Shown here one piece after another: positions 48,391 to 58,355 of a DNA stretch of 64,000 nt (positions are counted from its first letter, which is position 1; each line of letters begins with the position of its first letter). The DNA lies in assembly GCA_024413465.1 (NCBI GenBank), contig JAKSVU010000002.1, positions 75,063 through 139,062 of the forward strand. Reading direction: 5' to 3'. A program made the translations under genes and the position numbers. This DNA comes from Alphaproteobacteria bacterium (GTDB taxonomy: Bacteria > Pseudomonadota > Alphaproteobacteria > CAAGCB01 > CAG-977). Below the pieces are notes generated by a model. It was not told the origin of the DNA, searched no databases, and saw only the letters and a program-made list of their open reading frames with translations.

Positions 48391-49758
48391 ATGAAACTAT
48401 ATGTATCAAATACGATGACACGCACCAAAGAAGAATTTATTCCTTTGGATGAAAAACACGTTCGTATGTATGTGTGTGGTCCTACGGTTTATGATAGAGC
48501 TCACATTGGAAATGCACGCCCGATTATCGTGTTTGATACGTTGTATCGTTTGTTAAAATATCTTTATCCAAAGGTAACTTACGTTCGTAATATTACTGAC
48601 GTTGATGATAAAATTATCAAAAAATCTCAGGAAAGTGGTGAACCGATTAATGTGATTACTGAAAAAACAACTCGTTTTTTCCATGAAGATATTTCACACT
48701 TAAACGTTTTAAATCCTAATGTTGAACCAAAAGCGACTGCTCATATTCAAGATATGATTGCTTTAGTTCAGAGATTGGTTGATAACGGGCATGCTTACGT
48801 TGCAGAAGGACACGTTTTGTTTAGCGTTGAAAGTATGCCAACTTATGGAAGATTATCCAAAAAATCTATGAAAGAATTGCGGGCAGGAGCAAGAGTTGAA
48901 GTAGCTCCATATAAAAAAGATCCTGCAGATTTTGTTTTATGGAAACCATCTGATGCAAATCAACCAGGGTGGGATAGTCCATGGGGATTTGGTCGTCCAG
49001 GTTGGCATTTGGAATGTTCTGCAATGAGCTCCAAATATTTAGGCGAAACGTTTGATATTCATGGTGGTGGTTTGGATTTAATTTTCCCTCATCACGAAAA
49101 TGAAATTGCTCAATCTTGTTGTGCTTTCGGTCATGATTTTTATGCAAAATATTGGATGCATAATGGCCATTTGATGGTAAATGGTGAAAAAATGTCTAAA
49201 TCATTGGGGAATTTTTTCACTATTCGTGAAATTTTAGATCAGGTTCCTGGTGAGGCTTTCCGTTTATATACATTGGGGACTCATTATCATCAACCGTTGA
49301 ACTGGATGGCTGACGGATTAAAGCAAGCAAAAGGAACAATGGATCGTTTCTATACGGCTTTAAGAAATACACCAGATGTTGATTTGTCCGATGCTAAACC
49401 TGCAGAAGAAGTGATTGAAGCTTTGTGTGATGATTTGAATACACCAAAGGCAATTTCTGTTTTACATGCTTTGGCAACCCAATTGAATAAAGATAAATCT
49501 GCAGAAACGAAAAAAACGTTATTGGCTTCTGCTCAACTGATGGGATTATTATATCAATCTGCAGAAGAATGGTTTAAAAATCAATCTGCAGAAGAAGGTT
49601 CTTTATCTGAAGCCGATATTTTAGCTTTAATTCAGAAACGTGCAGATGCTCGTAAGGCAAAAGATTTTGCAACGGCTGATGCTGTTCGTAAAGAATTGGC
49701 TGATAAAGGTGTTGTGATTGAAGATACGCCTAATGGGACTCAGTGGAAACGCGTATAA
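48391..49758 (+). CDS. cysS: cysteine--tRNA ligase
   Basis: HIGH motif ([16 protein letters not shown]), KMSKS motif and a zinc-binding Cys pattern. Confidence 0.9.
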   Translation: MKLYVSNTMTRTKEEFIPLDEKHVRMYVCGPTVYDRAHIGNARPIIVFDTLYRLLKYLYPKVTYVRNITDVDDKIIKKSQESGEPINVITEKTTRFFHEDISHLNVLNPNVEPKATAHIQDMIALVQRLVDNGHAYVAEGHVLFSVESMPTYGRLSKKSMKELRAGARVEVAPYKKDPADFVLWKPSDANQPGWDSPWGFGRPGWHLECSAMSSKYLGETFDIHGGGLDLIFPHHENEIAQSCCAFGHDFYAKYWMHNGHLMVNGEKMSKSLGNFFTIREILDQVPGEAFRLYTLGTHYHQPLNWMADGLKQAKGTMDRFYTALRNTPDVDLSDAKPAEEVIEALCDDLNTPKAISVLHALATQLNKDKSAETKKTLLASAQLMGLLYQSAEEWFKNQSAEEGSLSEADILALIQKRADARKAKDFATADAVRKELADKGVVIEDTPNGTQWKRV

Positions 49759-49780
49759 TTAAATTGATTTTATAAGGCAT

Positions 49781-50195
49781 CTGTCGTGTGCTTCCGGTAC
49801 TTGAATGCTCACGTACAATATGTACGTTCCGCTTCTGCGTTTCGGTTCACACTTCCATCTGCACTTCTAAAATCAATTTTGGGAAATCTGTCGTGTGCTT
49901 CCGGTACTCGAATGCTCACGTACAGTATGTACGCTCCGCTTCTGCGTTTCGGTTCATACTTCCATCTGTACTTCTAAAATCAATTTTTGGAAATCTGTCG
50001 TGTGCTTCCGATACTCGAATGCTCACGTACAGTATGTACGCTCCGCTTCTGCGTTTCGGTTCATACTTCCATCTGCACTTCTAAAATCAATTTTTGGAAA
50101 TCTGTCGTGTGCTTCCGGTACTCGAATGCTCACGTACGGTATGTACGCTCCGCTTCTGCGTTTCGGTTCACACTTCCATCTGTACTTCTAAAATC
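49781..50195. repeat. tandem repeat, 107-bp unit x ~3.9 copies (units begin 49781, 49888, 49995, 50102), each with an internal hairpin
   Basis: Exact 107-nt periodicity of ctgtcgtgtgcttccggtac...; copies are >90% identical. Each unit carries the hairpin acgtaca-ata-tgtacgt (gta loop in copies 2-4). Confidence 0.9.
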
Positions 50196-50323
50196 TGATT
50201 TGAGTAAGCGTCTGTTGAATATTTTTGATTGAAATTAGATTTTGTCATTTTTTTGTCACTATTCTTTTTTTGAAAATTGTCGTATATTAAACTTAGATTA
50301 GAAAATTTTTGGGAGAGGTCGCG

Positions 50324-50866
50324 ATGGTAAAAAATTATAGATTTTCATTGTTGACGGCAGGTTTTGTTTTGTTATGTAGCTCTGTTCAGGCAGAAGATTT
50401 GTCCGCAGATCCTTGGACACAACCAAATCCAACGGAAAACGTTGTTAAGGTTCAACAAGTTGGTCCTGTGATTTATGGAGCTCAACCTTATCAACCAACA
50501 TATGAAGGTGGGGCTTCAAACGTTTGGAATACGAAAATGCCAGAATTTACAGGTGAAATGACAACTTGGAATGATGGGCAAGGACAAAAGGTTAATGCTC
50601 CTGAAGTAAATATGCATAACATTCTTTCAATAACTGAACATTTAAGAAGAATGGGATATAAGATTCCAACCAGTTTTGAAGAAAAAGTAAAAGCTGCTCC
50701 TGAAGCTGTTCGTGTTAGAATTAAACAAGCTATGTCTGATATGGCGTCTGCAAGTGATCCTTTTTCAAAATCAGCACAGTTTGCTAGAAAAACATTGGAA
50801 CAGGAAACAGGGATGACGTTTGATAACGTTATTGGAAATTCGCTTGATTTATTATCATCAAAATAA
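50324..50866 (+). CDS. secreted/periplasmic hypothetical protein
   Basis: RBS GGGAGAGG followed by a signal peptide MVKNYRFSLLTAGFVLLCSSVQA. Confidence 0.55.
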   Translation: MVKNYRFSLLTAGFVLLCSSVQAEDLSADPWTQPNPTENVVKVQQVGPVIYGAQPYQPTYEGGASNVWNTKMPEFTGEMTTWNDGQGQKVNAPEVNMHNILSITEHLRRMGYKIPTSFEEKVKAAPEAVRVRIKQAMSDMASASDPFSKSAQFARKTLEQETGMTFDNVIGNSLDLLSSK

Positions 50867-50885
50867 GATAAAAGTTTTAGTGCAG

Positions 50886-50921
50886 AAAGGGCAGAATGAA
50901 AATATTCTGCTCTTTTTTTTA
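50886..50921. terminator. bidirectional Rho-independent terminator
   Basis: agggcagaat gaaaat attctgctc followed by T8. The T-run overlaps the stop of the minus-strand marR-like gene. Confidence 0.6.
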
Positions 50922-51278
50922 TTCATCCATATTTACGGTTGTTTTAGCTTGTTCAGAAATAATATCACCCATTGCTGTGACAAAAGCAGCCCCTTGAATA
51001 GTTCTTTCAACTTTTATGATACGGCGATCTTTTTCATCAGTTTGTCTTTTTACAAAACCTAAAGCACTTAATTTATCAACAGCTCGGGTAATTGCAGGTT
51101 TAGCGATATTTAATTGAGAAGCTAATCCTTTAATCGTGTGAGGAGGTTGGGATAAGTAAATATGTAAAAGAACGGCGGTTTGACGGGCTGATAAGTCGGA
51201 GGCATCTTCACCTTGACGAACAAATTCAAACATCACTTTGCGCCATAATTCAAGGCCTGAAAAAGGAGTAATATTCAT
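50919..51278 (-). CDS. MarR-family transcriptional regulator
   Basis: Winged-helix pattern (LSARQTAVLLHIY...IKGLASQLNIAKPAITRAVDKLSALGFV.R..D..DRR). Confidence 0.7.
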   Translation of the reverse strand: MNITPFSGLELWRKVMFEFVRQGEDASDLSARQTAVLLHIYLSQPPHTIKGLASQLNIAKPAITRAVDKLSALGFVKRQTDEKDRRIIKVERTIQGAAFVTAMGDIISEQAKTTVNMDE

Positions 51279-51280
51279 AA

Positions 51281-52606
51281 TTATTTTCCTGCAATTGACA
51301 TATTAGGGATTTGGCAAGTTGGAACATTTATTTTATATCTGTCTTCTAAATCATTTGCAATAGACATTGTTTTAAACATATCTACCAAGTTTCCAGCAAT
51401 TGTGATTTCATTAACTGGTGTCGTAATTTTTCCATTTTCAATTAAAAAACCAACAGCCCCTCGACTATAATCTCCGGTGATCAAATTAACGCCTTGCCCA
51501 ATTAATTGTGTTACATATATTCCATATTTGATATCAGAATATAATTCTTCTGGAGTTAGAGTTCCTCCATTCATTTTTATATTGGCAACGAAATTGCCAA
51601 CTCCAAAAGGAGCTCCATTGGAAGTTGGAGCTAGGTTTAATTGACGAGCATAACGTAAATTCAGTAACCAGGTTTTCAAAATACCATTTTCAATAAGATT
51701 TTTTTTGTATTTTGGTAAACCTTCTCCATCATTAGAAGCTGAACCTAAGCCACGTTGAATAAATGGATTTTCTTCAATTGTAACATTTGATGAAAAAACT
51801 TGTTTATTCAATGAATCTTTTAAAAAGGTAGTTCCTTTTGCAACGGCTGCACCACTAATAGCAGATAAAAATTCAAGAATTAGTCCTCGATTTAATTTAC
51901 GGTCAAGAATGACGTCGGCTTTGCATGAATCAATTTTTTTTGCTCCTAATTTTTTAGCAGCACGATCTGCTGCTTCAAGAGCGATTTCTTTATTACTTTT
52001 TAAATCCGAATAATAAACAGCTTCTGATGATGAGTAATCAAGTTGCATTTCATCGTCTTTTTTTGCAAGAACACAGACACTGTTCCCAGATTTTGTTTTT
52101 TTATTTTCATGTTCAAAACCATTTGTTGTCGCAAGATAACTTTTTGTTTTTTGATAATAAGCTCCAGCTCCATCAGAATTTGAAATCATAGGTTGATGCA
52201 AAGCAATTTCTTCTATTTCAAGAGCATTGTTGAGTAAAAATTCAGAAGAATATTCTTTTTCATCCCACAAGTCAAAATCTTGAAATTCTGTTGCATATTG
52301 ATCAGAATTGGGCAAACCACAGTAAGGGTCTTCAGGTAAAACTTTTGCCATATCAACAGCACGCTGAGCAAGACCATCAAGTGTTTCTTTATCAAAAGAG
52401 TTCGTAGAAACAGTAGAACTTCGGTGACCAACAAAAACATTTAATTTTATGTTTTCAGTTTGAGTGTTATCAATGTTTTCTAATTTTCCCATTCTGCAAC
52501 TGGATGAAAGTGAGCATGATGAAGAACTGATTGCTTGAGCATCTGTTGCCCCATATTTTTTCGATTGTTCGAGTAGATATTGAACGGCTTCTTTTGAAGA
52601 AAACAT
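51281..52606 (-). CDS. pmbA: TldE/PmbA-family metalloprotease
   Basis: Family-typical length and C-terminal GxxGD-rich region. ATG 52606 with RBS AAGGAA is preferred over TTG 52630. Confidence 0.8.
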   Translation of the reverse strand: MFSSKEAVQYLLEQSKKYGATDAQAISSSSCSLSSSCRMGKLENIDNTQTENIKLNVFVGHRSSTVSTNSFDKETLDGLAQRAVDMAKVLPEDPYCGLPNSDQYATEFQDFDLWDEKEYSSEFLLNNALEIEEIALHQPMISNSDGAGAYYQKTKSYLATTNGFEHENKKTKSGNSVCVLAKKDDEMQLDYSSSEAVYYSDLKSNKEIALEAADRAAKKLGAKKIDSCKADVILDRKLNRGLILEFLSAISGAAVAKGTTFLKDSLNKQVFSSNVTIEENPFIQRGLGSASNDGEGLPKYKKNLIENGILKTWLLNLRYARQLNLAPTSNGAPFGVGNFVANIKMNGGTLTPEELYSDIKYGIYVTQLIGQGVNLITGDYSRGAVGFLIENGKITTPVNEITIAGNLVDMFKTMSIANDLEDRYKINVPTCQIPNMSIAGK

Positions 52607-52724
52607 TTTAAATTCCTTTCTTTTTTTCAACTTATAACAGATTTTAAAGTAGATTGGTAATTTTTTATTTTATAAAAACAGTAATTTGTGGTATTTTTGT
52701 CGAAAAGATGGAAAGTGTGAAAAA

Positions 52725-54446
52725 ATGGTTGGAAATGCGAACGTTGAATTAACAAATGAACAATTGAATCGATTGTTTGAAATCGGTATTTCTTTATCTG
52801 CAGAACAAGATATGGATGTCTTGTTAGAAACTATTTTGTCCGCTGCAAGAGAATTTACGAATGCAGAAGGTGGTACGCTTTATTTGATGAATGAAGCTAA
52901 AAACCAGTTGATTTTCTCTATCGTTCAAAATGATAAGTTAGGAATTAAGATGGGGGGAACTTCAGATAAAAAAGAAATTCCTTTTCCTCCATTATATTTA
53001 TATGATGAAAATGGTGAGCCAAATAAAAAGAATATTGCATCGTATACAGCATTGACAGAAGAAGTGGTAAATATTCAAGATGCATATGATATTTCAAAGT
53101 TTGACTTTACAGGAACTATGAAATTTGATGCAGCTTCACATTATCGTTCAAAATCCTTTTTAACAGTTCCTTTGAAAACAAGAAGTGGTGAAGTTGTTGC
53201 CGTTATGCAATTGATTAATTCTCGTAATGATGAAGGAGCAACGGTACCATTTTCTCCGTCTGTTCAGAAATTAGTTGAAGCTCTTGCTTCAAATGCAGCT
53301 ATTGCTATCGATAACCAAAGATTGATTAAAAATCAAAAACATGTGTTTGAGGCATTTTTGGAAGTGTTTGCTCGCGCGATCGATGAAAAATCACCTTATG
53401 CGGGAATGCATTGTCAGCGTGTTCCTGAAATTGCTAAGATGATTGCTTTTGCAGCCGTTGCAGATGATACGGTATTTAAAGATTTTGAATTGTCTGAAGA
53501 TGATTGGTATGCCTTCCACTTGGCTTCTTGGTTACACGATTGTGGTAAGGTAACAACTCCAGAATATATTATGGATAAAGCTACTAAGTTAGAGTGTATT
53601 ACGAACAGAATCCATGAGGTGCGTGCTCGTTTCGAAATTTTAAGACGTGATGCACATATCGAATATTTGAAAAAACGTTTGCAAGGTAAAATACCTGCAG
53701 AACAACTTGTAAAAGAATTTAATAAAAAAGTTGCAGAATTAACTTCTGATTTCCAATTTATTGCAGATGTAAACGTTGGTTATACACCATTAAGTGAAGA
53801 AGATTTAGCTCGTATTCAAAAAATTGCTCACAGAACCTATCATCGTTATTTTGATAAATTAGCAGGTTTGTCTTGGGATGAAGTGGAGCGTATGAATGAG
53901 AATATGCCTCCAGCAGAAAATGATAAGGAACCTTTATTAGAAGACCGTATAGATCACGTTTTTGGTGGATATAATCGTGGTGAAATACATAACTTATCTA
54001 TTATCCAAGGAACTTTAACGTCTGAAGAAGCTAAAAAAGTTCGTGAACACGTTGAAACAACAATTCAAATGTTAAAGACTATTCCTTTCCCATACAACAT
54101 TAGAAATGTTGTTGAATATGCCTCAGGGCACCATGAACATATGGATGGGACAGGTTATCCGAACCATTTAACAGGAGACAAAATGTCTATTCCTGCCAGA
54201 ATTTTAGCTATTGCAGATTGTTTTGAAGCGTTGTCTTCGAGTGATCGTCCTTATAAAAAGATTAAAACACTTACGCAAATTTTAGCCATTATGTCTGAAA
54301 AAGCAAAAAGTGGTCATTTAGATCCAGACTTATTCAACTTGTTCTTGAAAGAACGTGTATTTGATGAATATGCAAAGGAATATATGAAACCAAAACAGAT
54401 TGATGACGTTGATATTACAACGTATCTTGTGCGTGCAAGGTCATAA
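52725..54446 (+). CDS. GAF domain + HD-GYP c-di-GMP phosphodiesterase
   Basis: HDCGK and HHEHMDGTGYP motifs with an N-terminal GAF-like domain. ATG 52725 is preferred. Confidence 0.8.
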   Translation: MVGNANVELTNEQLNRLFEIGISLSAEQDMDVLLETILSAAREFTNAEGGTLYLMNEAKNQLIFSIVQNDKLGIKMGGTSDKKEIPFPPLYLYDENGEPNKKNIASYTALTEEVVNIQDAYDISKFDFTGTMKFDAASHYRSKSFLTVPLKTRSGEVVAVMQLINSRNDEGATVPFSPSVQKLVEALASNAAIAIDNQRLIKNQKHVFEAFLEVFARAIDEKSPYAGMHCQRVPEIAKMIAFAAVADDTVFKDFELSEDDWYAFHLASWLHDCGKVTTPEYIMDKATKLECITNRIHEVRARFEILRRDAHIEYLKKRLQGKIPAEQLVKEFNKKVAELTSDFQFIADVNVGYTPLSEEDLARIQKIAHRTYHRYFDKLAGLSWDEVERMNENMPPAENDKEPLLEDRIDHVFGGYNRGEIHNLSIIQGTLTSEEAKKVREHVETTIQMLKTIPFPYNIRNVVEYASGHHEHMDGTGYPNHLTGDKMSIPARILAIADCFEALSSSDRPYKKIKTLTQILAIMSEKAKSGHLDPDLFNLFLKERVFDEYAKEYMKPKQIDDVDITTYLVRARS

Positions 54447-55150
54447 TGCAAATCCGGTTATTTGTACAAGTTTCACTTAATATTGGACAAACGATTTCTT
54501 TGTCTGATGAGCAGGTTCATTATTTAAGAAACGTTTTACGATGTGAACCAGGAATAGAAGTATATTTGTTTAATGGTCAGGATGGAGAATATACAGGTGT
54601 TTTATCCGCCTTGTCCAAAAAAGAGGCTATTGTTCAAGTTTGTCGTCAATTAAAAAAACAACCTGAAAAACAAAATATCCATTTATTTTTCGCTCCCTTG
54701 AAAAGAGATTGTTCAGAATTGGTTGTTCAAAAAGCAACTGAATTAGGGGTAACAAAAATTACGCTTGTTTTGACAGAGTATACGTCAAATAAGCATATCA
54801 ATTTAGATCGTTTCAAGTCCATTGTATTAGAATCTTGTGAACAATGTCGCAGATTAGATGTTCCAGAATTAGGACAGATGGTTGATTTAAAAACGTTGTT
54901 GTCAGAATATGATGAAACTAAGCCAATGTTGGTTCATTTGGATGAAACAGGGCAAGGACAAAAGGCTGAAGTCGTTTTTAAGGGCAAAAAGGAAATAGCA
55001 TTTTTAACTGGTCCAGAAGGGGGATTTTCTGAAACAGAGCGAAATTTAATTAAAAATGCTAAAAATACGATTGGTTTAGATTTAGGACCACGAATTTTAA
55101 GAGCTGAAACAGCAAGTATTGCAGCAATATCTTTATTTACCTGTAAGTAA
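54446..55150 (+). CDS. rsmE: 16S rRNA (uracil1498-N3)-methyltransferase
   Basis: 234 aa; the N-terminal PUA-like region and C-terminal SPOUT region resemble RsmE. Confidence 0.8.
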   Translation: MQIRLFVQVSLNIGQTISLSDEQVHYLRNVLRCEPGIEVYLFNGQDGEYTGVLSALSKKEAIVQVCRQLKKQPEKQNIHLFFAPLKRDCSELVVQKATELGVTKITLVLTEYTSNKHINLDRFKSIVLESCEQCRRLDVPELGQMVDLKTLLSEYDETKPMLVHLDETGQGQKAEVVFKGKKEIAFLTGPEGGFSETERNLIKNAKNTIGLDLGPRILRAETASIAAISLFTCK

Positions 55151-55210
55151 AAAGTTATTGAAAAATTATCATAAAACCTTTATAAATTGAAAGATTATAA
55201 GGAGTAAGTT

Positions 55211-55855
55211 ATGAAAGTTTTTCTTTTTTGTAAAAAAGTTGTATATTTAATTTTAGGTCTGTTATTTTGTGGTATAGGGACAGCTTTCGCTGTTCGGGCT
55301 AATCAAGGAGTTAGTCCCATATCCGCTCCGCCTGTTGTTATGGCAGATATGTTTTCAGGAATTAAATATTTTGGTGGTCCCTTAGCTTTTTGGACCGTTG
55401 TATATAATGGTGTTTTCATATTTTTACAAATGTTTTTGTTAGGAAGAAAATTTACACTTAAATATTGGTTGGAATTCCCAGCATTGTTCATTTTCGGATA
55501 TTTTATTAGTGCAGGGATGTGGTTAACACAATCATATGTCCCCACATCTTATATCCTTTGCTTTGTTGAAATGTTGCTAGGCTGCGTGGCTATGGGATTG
55601 GGAATTGCATTAGAATTACATGCAGATCTCACCTTTTTATCAGGGGACGGCTTTGTAAGTGTTGTTTCGAATAAATACCATTTGAATTTAGGCAAAGTTA
55701 AAATTATGTTTGACGTTGGTTGCGTCATTATTGCCGTTGCAATCAGTTATTTTGGTTTAAGTGGAAAAATTATTGGTATTCGTGAAGGAACGATAGTGGC
55801 AGCATTGCTTGTTGGTCCGATTATTAATATGTTTTTGAAATTCTTAAAAAAATGA
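55211..55855 (+). CDS. integral membrane protein (unknown function)
   Basis: RBS AAGGAG and five or six TM helices. Confidence 0.5.
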   Translation: MKVFLFCKKVVYLILGLLFCGIGTAFAVRANQGVSPISAPPVVMADMFSGIKYFGGPLAFWTVVYNGVFIFLQMFLLGRKFTLKYWLEFPALFIFGYFISAGMWLTQSYVPTSYILCFVEMLLGCVAMGLGIALELHADLTFLSGDGFVSVVSNKYHLNLGKVKIMFDVGCVIIAVAISYFGLSGKIIGIREGTIVAALLVGPIINMFLKFLKK

Positions 55856-55868
55856 GTCATCACATCTA

Positions 55869-57299
55869 ATGATCAAAAGAAATCTGTTTGTTTTCTGTTG
55901 TATCTATTGTCTATCATGGTCATTGTTTCCATTGATTAGAAATTGTTTGCCTATGGATACAATGGAAGCTGTTTACTGGGGAAATTATTTAGAATGGGGA
56001 AATTATAAACATCCTCCTTTTTCTGGATTTGTTGCAAAATTTTTCTTTGATTTATTAGGAAAAACAGATTTTTCTTTATATTTTTTAAGTCAAGTTTGTA
56101 TTTCAATAGCTCTTGTTTATATTTATCGTTTAGTTAAGGTTATGGTAAATGAAAGAAGAGCCGTACAAGCTGTTTATCTGTCAACGGGTATTTTATATTT
56201 TAATATATTGGCTGTTGAATTTAATACGAATGTGTTATCAGTTCCGTTGTGGGCGATGAATGCTTTTTATTTTTATCAAGCAGTTCGTAAAAATAAAATG
56301 AAACATTGGATTGTTTTGGGTATTACTGCAGGACTGAATGTTTTAACAAAATATACAGGCGGTGTTTTGTTAATTGGAATGGGCGTATATATTCTTGCAA
56401 CTCAATCAGGACGAAAACAGCTAAAACACATTGGACCATATTTAACTTGTATAAGTTGTATTGCTGTTCTTATTCCACATATATTGTGGTTATTTCAATA
56501 TGATTTTTTGCCTTTGAGATATATTGCGGGGCGTGGTGGACATGAAAATTCGTTTTTATTAGTTCATTTTGTTCAGCCTATAAAATTTGTTTTGTCTCAG
56601 ATAGCAAATGTTGTTCCAGTTATATTGATTTACTTTATTCTGCGTTTTAAATCAAAAGACGTTTTAAAATTGTCGGGTGTACAGGTTCAATTTATAAATC
56701 TTGTTTTGATTTTCCCGATTGTCTTTATGGCGGTATTGGGTGGAATATTAGGCGTTTCAATGCGATCAATGTGGGGGACAGCAATGATGTTTCCTGTTGG
56801 GATATATTTTGTTTTATTATTGCCTATTCGTGAAGAAGTAAGACTAGAAAAGGTAATGTATTCTCTACTTGCTTTATTGCTGATTGTATTCTTTTTATCA
56901 AATGAAGTAAAAGTTCGTGAAAAAGTAAAATTAGATCCCAGAAAATTTGCACAAGATATAACTGAAAAATGGCAGAGTGAATTCCATCGTCCTTTAAAAT
57001 ATGTTGGAGGAGACGTTTTCTACATTGCTCCTGTATCATTGTATAGTTCTGATCATCCAACTCCAATCGGTGATGAATTAGAATTAAATCCCTGGTTAGA
57101 TCAACAAGATATTCTTCATTATGGTGGAGTGGTTGTAAAAGGATGTAAATCAAAAAAATGTGATGGTGGATGTGAATCATTTTCACCAAAACAAAATTAT
57201 TCTGATACAATGGTATATCAAGTTGATTTAAAAACATTGTTTGGAAAAACAAAAACAATAAAAGTTCGTTATTGCTTTATGAAGCCTCAAGGAGATTAA
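55869..57299 (+). CDS. ArnT/PMT-like polytopic membrane glycosyltransferase (GT83/GT39-like; LgmB-like)
   Basis: ~11 TM helices with an N-terminal loop pattern (YWGNY...KHPPFS). It is the first gene of a four-gene co-directional cluster. Confidence 0.7.
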   Translation: MIKRNLFVFCCIYCLSWSLFPLIRNCLPMDTMEAVYWGNYLEWGNYKHPPFSGFVAKFFFDLLGKTDFSLYFLSQVCISIALVYIYRLVKVMVNERRAVQAVYLSTGILYFNILAVEFNTNVLSVPLWAMNAFYFYQAVRKNKMKHWIVLGITAGLNVLTKYTGGVLLIGMGVYILATQSGRKQLKHIGPYLTCISCIAVLIPHILWLFQYDFLPLRYIAGRGGHENSFLLVHFVQPIKFVLSQIANVVPVILIYFILRFKSKDVLKLSGVQVQFINLVLIFPIVFMAVLGGILGVSMRSMWGTAMMFPVGIYFVLLLPIREEVRLEKVMYSLLALLLIVFFLSNEVKVREKVKLDPRKFAQDITEKWQSEFHRPLKYVGGDVFYIAPVSLYSSDHPTPIGDELELNPWLDQQDILHYGGVVVKGCKSKKCDGGCESFSPKQNYSDTMVYQVDLKTLFGKTKTIKVRYCFMKPQGD

Positions 57300-57302
57300 A
57301 TT

Positions 57303-58355
57303 ATGTCAAAAAATCAGCATCAATTATTAAGCATAATTATTTCAGCTTTTAATGAAGAAGGAAATATTGACGCTTTATATGCAGAATTGAAAAAAGTTTT
57401 ACCAAACGTTGATGTGCCAAACATTGAGATAATTTTTGTAAATGATGGCTCTACAGATTCAACTGCTGAAAAAATTAAAAAATTACAAACAAAAGATAGT
57501 CGCGTCAAATTAGTTGATTTTAAACGTAATTTTGGTCATGAAATTGCTATGACAGCCGGAATGGAATATGCAAAAGGTGATGCTTGCATATTTATGGATT
57601 CAGATTTGCAACATCCACCTGTATTTATCAAGGAAATGGTAGATAAATGGAATAAAGGAGCAGATATTGTTTTAACACGTCGCATAGATAACGTGGCAAC
57701 AAGTAAACTTTACAAATTTATGTCTGCAGCATTTTATAAAATATTAAATTTATTATCTGATACAAAAATTCCTGAAAAAACACCAGATTTTCGTTTGTTA
57801 GATAAAAAGTATACGTCTTTTTTGAAGCAATTTAATGAAGGAGAACGATTATTCCGTGGATTGCTTAATTACATTATGCCAAATGAAGGTGTTGAATATA
57901 TTGAATTTTCAGCTCCGGAACGTTTTTCAGGAACGACGAAGTATTCGTTTGCTAAAAGTTTAGCTTTGGCTTTTTCAACTATCGTTCAATTTTCTGTAAA
58001 ACCGTTGCGTTTTTCAATATACTTGGGTGTATTAACAGCTACATTTTCATTGTTTATGGGCGCATATTTCTTCATTGAATATTTCTTTTTAAATCAACCA
58101 ACACCAGGTTTTGCAACTTTGATGACAATGATTGGTTTTTTGGGTGCAGTCCAATTGATTATGTTAGGAATAGTTGGTGAATATATTGGAAAAATTCATA
58201 TGGAAGTCAAAAGACGTCCATTGTTTATTGCTGATTATATTGAGGCTCAAAAAGTAGAAAAGGTTGCTAAAAAATCTTTTATGACAGAATTAACAAAAAA
58301 ATCTCAAATGAAAAAGAATATTCTAAAAACTAAGAAAAAGGTGGAACAAAAGTAA
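57303..58355 (+). CDS. GT2 polyprenyl-phosphate hexosamine synthase (ArnC/LgmA-like)
   Basis: LSIIISAFNEE...VNDGSTD...DSDLQHPP matches the ArnC/DPM1-type GT2, plus two C-terminal TM helices. Confidence 0.8.
   Translation: MSKNQHQLLSIIISAFNEEGNIDALYAELKKVLPNVDVPNIEIIFVNDGSTDSTAEKIKKLQTKDSRVKLVDFKRNFGHEIAMTAGMEYAKGDACIFMDSDLQHPPVFIKEMVDKWNKGADIVLTRRIDNVATSKLYKFMSAAFYKILNLLSDTKIPEKTPDFRLLDKKYTSFLKQFNEGERLFRGLLNYIMPNEGVEYIEFSAPERFSGTTKYSFAKSLALAFSTIVQFSVKPLRFSIYLGVLTATFSLFMGAYFFIEYFFLNQPTPGFATLMTMIGFLGAVQLIMLGIVGEYIGKIHMEVKRRPLFIADYIEAQKVEKVAKKSFMTELTKKSQMKKNILKTKKKVEQK

Noticed and set aside
49781-50195. Possible CRISPR array
   Set aside because: The units are contiguous 107-bp repeats with no unique spacers. 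This is far longer than CRISPR repeats, and there are no cas genes nearby.
49786-50232. Four overlapping 63-98-aa ORFs with near-identical protein sequences (MLPVLECSRT...)
   Set aside because: They lie entirely within the 107-bp tandem DNA repeat, and their similarity is a by-product of the nucleotide repeat read in one frame. They lack an RBS, so the region is better explained as a non-coding VNTR.
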